From a virus: a stretch of DNA of 64,000 nt. Both the position numbers and the translations under genes were made by a program. The stretch covers positions 27,553 through 91,552 of the IMG/VR virus record IMGVR_UViG_3300042445_000748, one strand, 5' to 3'. This document shows, in pieces, positions 59,515-64,000 of the stretch. Every line of letters begins with the position of its first letter. Positions within the stretch are counted from its first letter, which is position 1. The notes below the pieces were generated by a model. The model was not told the DNA's origin, made no database searches, and worked only from the letters and a program-made list of their open reading frames with translations.

Positions 59515-60401
59515 TCTATTGGATATAAGTGATATACCAAAACGCCGTTAATGTCTAATAGTCCAAATATTTCTCTACCAAATTCATAGACGTTTCTTTT
59601 TTCTTTTATTGAATCTACTTTATTAACTGTTTCATGAATTTCTTTGCCATCTACAATTTTAACTATTTTATCTCCAAGAACTACACTGTCTGTTCTTTCC
59701 ATAATATATTCATTATTTCTTAGTATTAATATTTCTTCAGTGTTACTTATCCTATTTTGTATATCATCATTATAAACTGTAGTATTTTCTACTTGATTTA
59801 CCTTTATATATGTTACTTTTGACTCTATGTTTTTAACATTTGTTAATGATTTAGACTTCCAATGTAAAATAGTGTTTATATTTGCCATAGGAATTTCATC
59901 AAATGTTGACACAATAAAGGTATCACTGTCTGTTATTTCTTTTGCTTTTTTATATCCATTAGTTGTCAATACTAATGAGTCTTCATCAATACATATTGGA
60001 GAAAATCCAAATACTGTAAATGGAGAGAAGCCAAATACTCTAAATGGAGAAAATCCAAATACAGCAAAAGGAGAAAAACCAAAAACACTAAAAGGAGAAA
60101 ATCCAAACACCTGAAATGGAGAAAATCCAAACACCCCAAATGGTGTAAATGTAAATTGTCTAACTGTTAAGTCAACTGGAGTTTCATAATCTGCTGCCGT
60201 GGTAACTGCAGGAGTTTGTTCAATAACTTTTCCATCATTTGCGGCCTCTGCCTCTTCTCCAGAAACTGAAGTAATTACGTTTCCTAAAGTAAATCCTTCT
60301 GATACAACATCTGCTTGTGCTTGTGCACTGGTTCTGCCAATAAAGTTAGGAAGTAATTTCATTCCTTTTGCTACAACGTATTTAACTAATTTTCCAAACA
60401 T
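59511..60401 (-). CDS. PASTA-domain protein with (FxVFGFSP)6 repeats and a C-terminal Hint-like domain
   Basis: LPNFIGRTSAQAQADV...GKVIEQTP...VDLTV (PASTA), six octapeptides, then CIDEDSLVLTTNGYKKAKEI...GVLVYH. Confidence 0.8.
   Translation of the reverse strand: MFGKLVKYVVAKGMKLLPNFIGRTSAQAQADVVSEGFTLGNVITSVSGEEAEAANDGKVIEQTPAVTTAADYETPVDLTVRQFTFTPFGVFGFSPFQVFGFSPFSVFGFSPFAVFGFSPFRVFGFSPFTVFGFSPICIDEDSLVLTTNGYKKAKEITDSDTFIVSTFDEIPMANINTILHWKSKSLTNVKNIESKVTYIKVNQVENTTVYNDDIQNRISNTEEILILRNNEYIMERTDSVVLGDKIVKIVDGKEIHETVNKVDSIKEKRNVYEFGREIFGLLDINGVLVYHLYPID
59997..60140 (-). repeat. Six tandem 24-nt coding repeats (F-[G,Q,S,A,R,T]-VFGFSP)
   Basis: Read directly; units differ at synonymous sites. 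Confidence 0.95.
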
Positions 60402-60410
60402 GACAACCCC

Positions 60411-61061
60411 CTATGCGATCAAGTCGCCGACTAGAAGCCAGGTATTTGTGTCAAACTTAAACAAAGATACACCTGAATATCTTGCTGCAATTGATTTATT
60501 ACTATTTTTACTATTTAAAGTAACTCCTGTATCTGCAATAAAAGTAACAGATCCAGTATTCATTCTAAAAAAATCTATTTCTGATCCTATTGGAAAAGCA
60601 ACTGTAGAATTGGGTGGAATTGTAACTGTCCATGTACTTGTAGAATCAAAAGTCATTGTTTGACCAATATTGTCTAATGATAAGTTCCAGTTTTGTACTC
60701 CACTACCACCTTGTTTATTAAATGTAACTAATCCACCGTGAGAAATCCAAGTGGTACCATTATAAAACTGTAAATCATTAATTGCTGATCCACCAGAAGT
60801 CTGTCTAACAAAACATACTGTTCCTCTTACAGGTGATGGTAATGCAATATCTCTTGCTGCGGGATTTAAATAGTTATTTACTCCAGCCTTTGCTGTAATT
60901 ACTGCGTTGGTGTCTGAAAATACAACATTATTTTGAAATTCATGTGTTCCAGACCAGTTATAATTTGCAGCGGCATTTGTATTTCCACCAATTGCATAAA
61001 ATGTATCTGTTCCTTGATCGTAAACGTATGCTGTTTTACCACTAGTATTTAATGAAGCCAT
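60411..61061 (-). CDS. Short fibre-like virion protein
   Basis: AARDIALPSPVRG...LQFYNGTTW; C-terminal AFPIG...TNTWLLVGDL domain homologous to that of 51651..53543. Confidence 0.65.
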   Translation of the reverse strand: MASLNTSGKTAYVYDQGTDTFYAIGGNTNAAANYNWSGTHEFQNNVVFSDTNAVITAKAGVNNYLNPAARDIALPSPVRGTVCFVRQTSGGSAINDLQFYNGTTWISHGGLVTFNKQGGSGVQNWNLSLDNIGQTMTFDSTSTWTVTIPPNSTVAFPIGSEIDFFRMNTGSVTFIADTGVTLNSKNSNKSIAARYSGVSLFKFDTNTWLLVGDLIA

Positions 61062-61159
61062 TATTCACCAATTCCTATTGCTTTAAGTTCTTCTTCTGTT
61101 AAACCTAATGCAACTAATTTTGCAATTGCAATTTCTTTTAAAATTATATTATCAGCCAT
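61061..61159 (-). CDS. Small protein (below ORF-track cutoff)
   Basis: MADNIILKEIAIAKLVALGLTEEELKAIGIGE; fills the gap exactly with TAATG overlaps on both sides. Confidence 0.65.
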   Translation of the reverse strand: MADNIILKEIAIAKLVALGLTEEELKAIGIGE

Positions 61160-61599
61160 TATTCACCTATTGTATCCCAATCGGAAGTTGCTGAATTATA
61201 AATTTTTAACAACAATGGACTAGATCCTTTAACGCACCAAAGGGTTCCGTCTGTTGGTGTTGCTGGTTCTGTAGATGTATAAATTGCTGTTGGATTTACT
61301 GGTGTGCTTCCTGGATCTGAATCTATGTCTAGCCATAGCAATCCTTCTTGAACAACTACTGGTTGTGTGTTTGAAACTATAGAACCTGTTCCTAATTCTT
61401 CTAATGCATCAATTGAATCTTGAATATTTTTTAAATGATATGCAATTGATGGATTTACCAATGCAGCGGTATTACTACCTGTTTCATCATATGAACTTGA
61501 TCCGTAATGGTAGGTTCTTAAAGCAGTCTGAATATCTGCGGCATCTTCATAGCCTGGAACTTTAGTGGAATATATATTTCCTATGCTAACATCAGCCAT
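61159..61599 (-). CDS. Probable virion protein
   Basis: GLLWLD and GTLWC short fibre-type motifs. Confidence 0.5.
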   Translation of the reverse strand: MADVSIGNIYSTKVPGYEDAADIQTALRTYHYGSSSYDETGSNTAALVNPSIAYHLKNIQDSIDALEELGTGSIVSNTQPVVVQEGLLWLDIDSDPGSTPVNPTAIYTSTEPATPTDGTLWCVKGSSPLLLKIYNSATSDWDTIGE

Positions 61600-61617
61600 T
61601 GTTCATCACCTTCCTCA

Positions 61618-62217
61618 TTATACCACGATAGATATTACAAAATGAACCGTTTTTGTACCAGTTAAATTTTGCCAGGTAGAACTAGCATACTCAATAGCAT
61701 TAACTGTTACTGGAATCACCTGTAATCCAGTTCCTGGATCATTTGTAAAAGAACCTATTTGTATAGAAGACGATATTGGGTTTTCGTTTGGAATGCTGTA
61801 AGTGATATTAAAATTTGCACTAGTTAAGGTTTGAGAAGTTTCTTCATCAACAATATAACTTACAGGAATATTAAAAACTTTAGATCCATCAACAAATGTT
61901 CCAGTCATTATTTTATTGTATTGAAGTGGGCTTAGTTTAATTATTGGATACCATTGAAAAGAAGGATTGCCATCTTCGTTATCGGGTGCAGCATTATATT
62001 GATAAACATATGAATATTCGTTATCTGTTTTTAAAACGTTAATACAAAGGTCTTTTGCTTTTGGGGTTTGGCCAACAAGTGCTGTATTTGGATTGCCTAC
62101 TGAAACATAAAATAAACTTCCTCGTTCACCTTCAGGTCCAAAATCAACCTCTACGTTTATACTACTTGGTCCGCTTAATACTAAAAGTTCGTCTGTGGTT
62201 AATACTATGTCAGCCAT
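61618..62217 (-). CDS. Probable virion protein
   Basis: DFGPEGERGS short Gly-X-Y; beta-rich. Confidence 0.5.
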   Translation of the reverse strand: MADIVLTTDELLVLSGPSSINVEVDFGPEGERGSLFYVSVGNPNTALVGQTPKAKDLCINVLKTDNEYSYVYQYNAAPDNEDGNPSFQWYPIIKLSPLQYNKIMTGTFVDGSKVFNIPVSYIVDEETSQTLTSANFNITYSIPNENPISSSIQIGSFTNDPGTGLQVIPVTVNAIEYASSTWQNLTGTKTVHFVISIVV

Positions 62218-62564
62218 TATGCACCAGTTACATCTGCTGTTACGCTAATTGTTCCTTTTAAAAGTGTGTAAACTACATCTGTTCCACTTGATATTTGAAC
62301 ATCGTAATAATAAGTAGTTCCAGCAACCAACTGTCTTCCTACTGCTGGAAGTATAACGCAGGTAATATTAGTTTTTGCTTCATTTATTGTTGCTTGTCCA
62401 CCAACGGAAAAACTTGGACTTGCACCCAATGCTGAGGCTATGGTAAAAGTTGATGTGTAACCAGTTAAATTAAAAGTGTCGCCTGCAGCGTCTTTGGGAT
62501 ATATAACAAATTCATAACGGTCACCCTCATAATAATTGATACTGTATGTGCCTGGAAATGCCAT
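62217..62564 (-). CDS. BppU-N-like Ig-fold virion protein
   Basis: YEGDR...YYYDVQI...TLLKGTISVTADVT. Confidence 0.6.
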   Translation of the reverse strand: MAFPGTYSINYYEGDRYEFVIYPKDAAGDTFNLTGYTSTFTIASALGASPSFSVGGQATINEAKTNITCVILPAVGRQLVAGTTYYYDVQISSGTDVVYTLLKGTISVTADVTGA

Positions 62565-62590
62565 AAACCCTCCTAATTCATTATATCATG

Positions 62591-63319
62591 CTATGAAACT
62601 GATACATATATTTTTTTTAGTATTAGGTTTGTTAAAAAATCTGATTTGGCATAAGGTCTACAGAAGTTAAACCACATTTCTTTATTTTCTATGTGTATGG
62701 TTTGGTCAACTGTTAGGTCAAAGATTCCTTGGTATTTAAATGATCCAACCATTGTTAGAACTGATTTGTCAATTTCGGGGTATACGGTAGCAAACCAAAG
62801 TTCAGTATTATTAACAAAGGTTTCAAGTGAAAAGTTATAGGTAATTCTAACAGTTGATCCTATTTCTAAACTTCTAAATGTTAGTACTCTAGATTGTTCG
62901 TTGTAAAGGGTGTTGCAGTTTAATGGTAGGAATGATTGGTTTTTTAATATGCCTTTTTTATCAATATATAAATCGTGCCATCCATTTTCACCTCTGGATG
63001 GGTCTATGCTAAAAATTTTAGAAGATGTGTCTTCGTAACTAGCCCAACCTGGTTGCTGTTTGTAAACTGGAAAATAACTTTCTCCATTTTTACCGTTTAT
63101 ACCATTCTTGCCATTTTTTCCATCTGCACCTGAATCGCCTTTGTCACCTTTGTCACCTTTAGGACCTTGTATTCCTTGTGGGCCCATTGCACCTTGTGGT
63201 CCTGGTATACCTTGTGGTCCTGGGACTGGTAAAAATTGTAGTTGTGGGGCTTCCTGATCAACTGCATTAATTTTTTGTTTTTCTTGTATAGGAAAACCCA
63301 TGCTGCGTGAAATGGCCAT
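62591..63319 (-). CDS. Collagen-like (Gly-X-Y) repeat protein
   Basis: 16 uninterrupted Gly-X-Y triplets (63077-63220) followed by a globular domain. Confidence 0.85.
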   Translation of the reverse strand: MAISRSMGFPIQEKQKINAVDQEAPQLQFLPVPGPQGIPGPQGAMGPQGIQGPKGDKGDKGDSGADGKNGKNGINGKNGESYFPVYKQQPGWASYEDTSSKIFSIDPSRGENGWHDLYIDKKGILKNQSFLPLNCNTLYNEQSRVLTFRSLEIGSTVRITYNFSLETFVNNTELWFATVYPEIDKSVLTMVGSFKYQGIFDLTVDQTIHIENKEMWFNFCRPYAKSDFLTNLILKKIYVSVS

Positions 63320-63328
63320 AGCGTCTCC

Positions 63329-63430
63329 TTATTTTATTATCTTTACGATTTTTTCTGAGCCTGTTGAGTCTGTTATTTTTATAACGGACGGTAAATCATT
63401 TTTAACATTTGAAATTTTTATGACTGGCAT
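63329..63430 (-). CDS. Small protein (below ORF-track cutoff)
   Basis: MPVIKISNVKNDLPSVIKITDSTGSEKIVKIIK; TAATG overlap with the upstream gene, and it ends at the SD of the next gene. Confidence 0.55.
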   Translation of the reverse strand: MPVIKISNVKNDLPSVIKITDSTGSEKIVKIIK

Positions 63431-63804
63431 TATAAAGTACCACTGATGTCACCAAGAACTGTGATGGTTCCTATAACTGGTGTCCAAACTGTGTCGTCGA
63501 TAGTTACTTCTAAATCAAACATAAGTTCTGCAACGCTAGAACGGTACGTAGAGCCCCAAAAAGCAGACAAACTTGGGTCTACCTTTACCTGGACATACCC
63601 TGAGCCTGAAACGACCGTTAGAGGGTCTATTATATCGGTTTTAGGGTCATATGCGGAGGCAAGGTAAGTCCATCCTGTTGTATCAAAGTAAGTTGTTTCA
63701 TCGTTTTGTAAAAAGTCAATTCTTATGAGAGAAGAGTCTCCACGAATTATTTGCCATTTAAGGGTGGCGGGGTCAGATCCAAATTTTTCTACGGTTGTAC
63801 ACAT
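63430..63804 (-). CDS. BppU-N-like Ig-fold virion protein
   Basis: IIRGDS...MFDLEV...WTPVIGTITVLGDI; leaderless start 6 nt after TGATATAAT. Confidence 0.55.
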   Translation of the reverse strand: MCTTVEKFGSDPATLKWQIIRGDSSLIRIDFLQNDETTYFDTTGWTYLASAYDPKTDIIDPLTVVSGSGYVQVKVDPSLSAFWGSTYRSSVAELMFDLEVTIDDTVWTPVIGTITVLGDISGTL

Positions 63805-64000
63805 ATTAGCATTATATCATTTTATTAAAATTAAAAGTCCAACACCCAAGAAACGGTGGGTATCGAGATTTACTCAGGTGTTAGATATAAAATTATATCA
63901 TGCCAGGTATATAGAAGGTTTGTGGATAAGTTGTTAATAAAGAATTCACCAAATCGTTATAATTGGTTTTTAAGGTTTGTGAGGAAATTTATATTAGACC

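Noticed and set aside
50375-59993. The two similar Hint regions as a DGR template/variable repeat pair (an Mtd-like N-terminal domain is nearby)
   Set aside because: No reverse transcriptase in the window. Both copies are intact coding regions, and the differences are mostly conservative substitutions, not adenine-specific.
59997-60140. FG-nucleoporin mimicry by the VFGF repeats
   Set aside because: The context is a bacteriophage and the repeats lack the polar spacers of FG-Nups; the resemblance is superficial, though self-assembly of the peptide remains possible.
1-64000. Alternative genetic code, tRNA genes, integrase
   Set aside because: Genes tile densely under the standard code with all three stops used; I saw no tRNA-like cloverleaf or integrase by eye (not a formal scan).

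Overview
The whole window is part of the genome of a large, AT-rich tailed dsDNA phage. It has siphovirus-type architecture (2439-aa tape measure, no tail sheath seen). The host is probably an actinobacterium, inferred from a PASTA domain, an SLT/Rpf-like transglycosylase, DnaE/NrdJ, and many leaderless extended -10 promoters. Almost every gene is on the minus strand. In transcription order (right to left) there is an accessory fibre/virion-decoration region (64-49 kb), NrdJ and a P4H-like oxygenase, portal-protease-capsid-neck-tail-tape measure-tail tip (46-18 kb), a replication/recombination module (DnaB, DnaG, SSB, DnaE, RecA, resolvases, Cas4-like nuclease), and finally the terminase, truncated by the window edge. 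The most striking feature is a module present twice: a fibre-like protein with a shared C-terminal domain, followed by a protein built as [FN3 or PASTA]-[six tandem F-x-V-F-G-F-S-P octapeptides]-[160-aa Hint-like domain]. The genome also carries eight 2OG-Fe(II)-oxygenase-like genes (five in one tandem array), a glycosyltransferase-like gene and a methyltransferase. Together these suggest a phage-encoded peptide maturation or virion-decoration system, which is a hypothesis only. Other points of note are tail chaperones G and GT apparently made by gene duplication rather than frameshifting, and a genome-wide leaderless promoter architecture. All family calls come from motif recognition by eye; no database searches were run.
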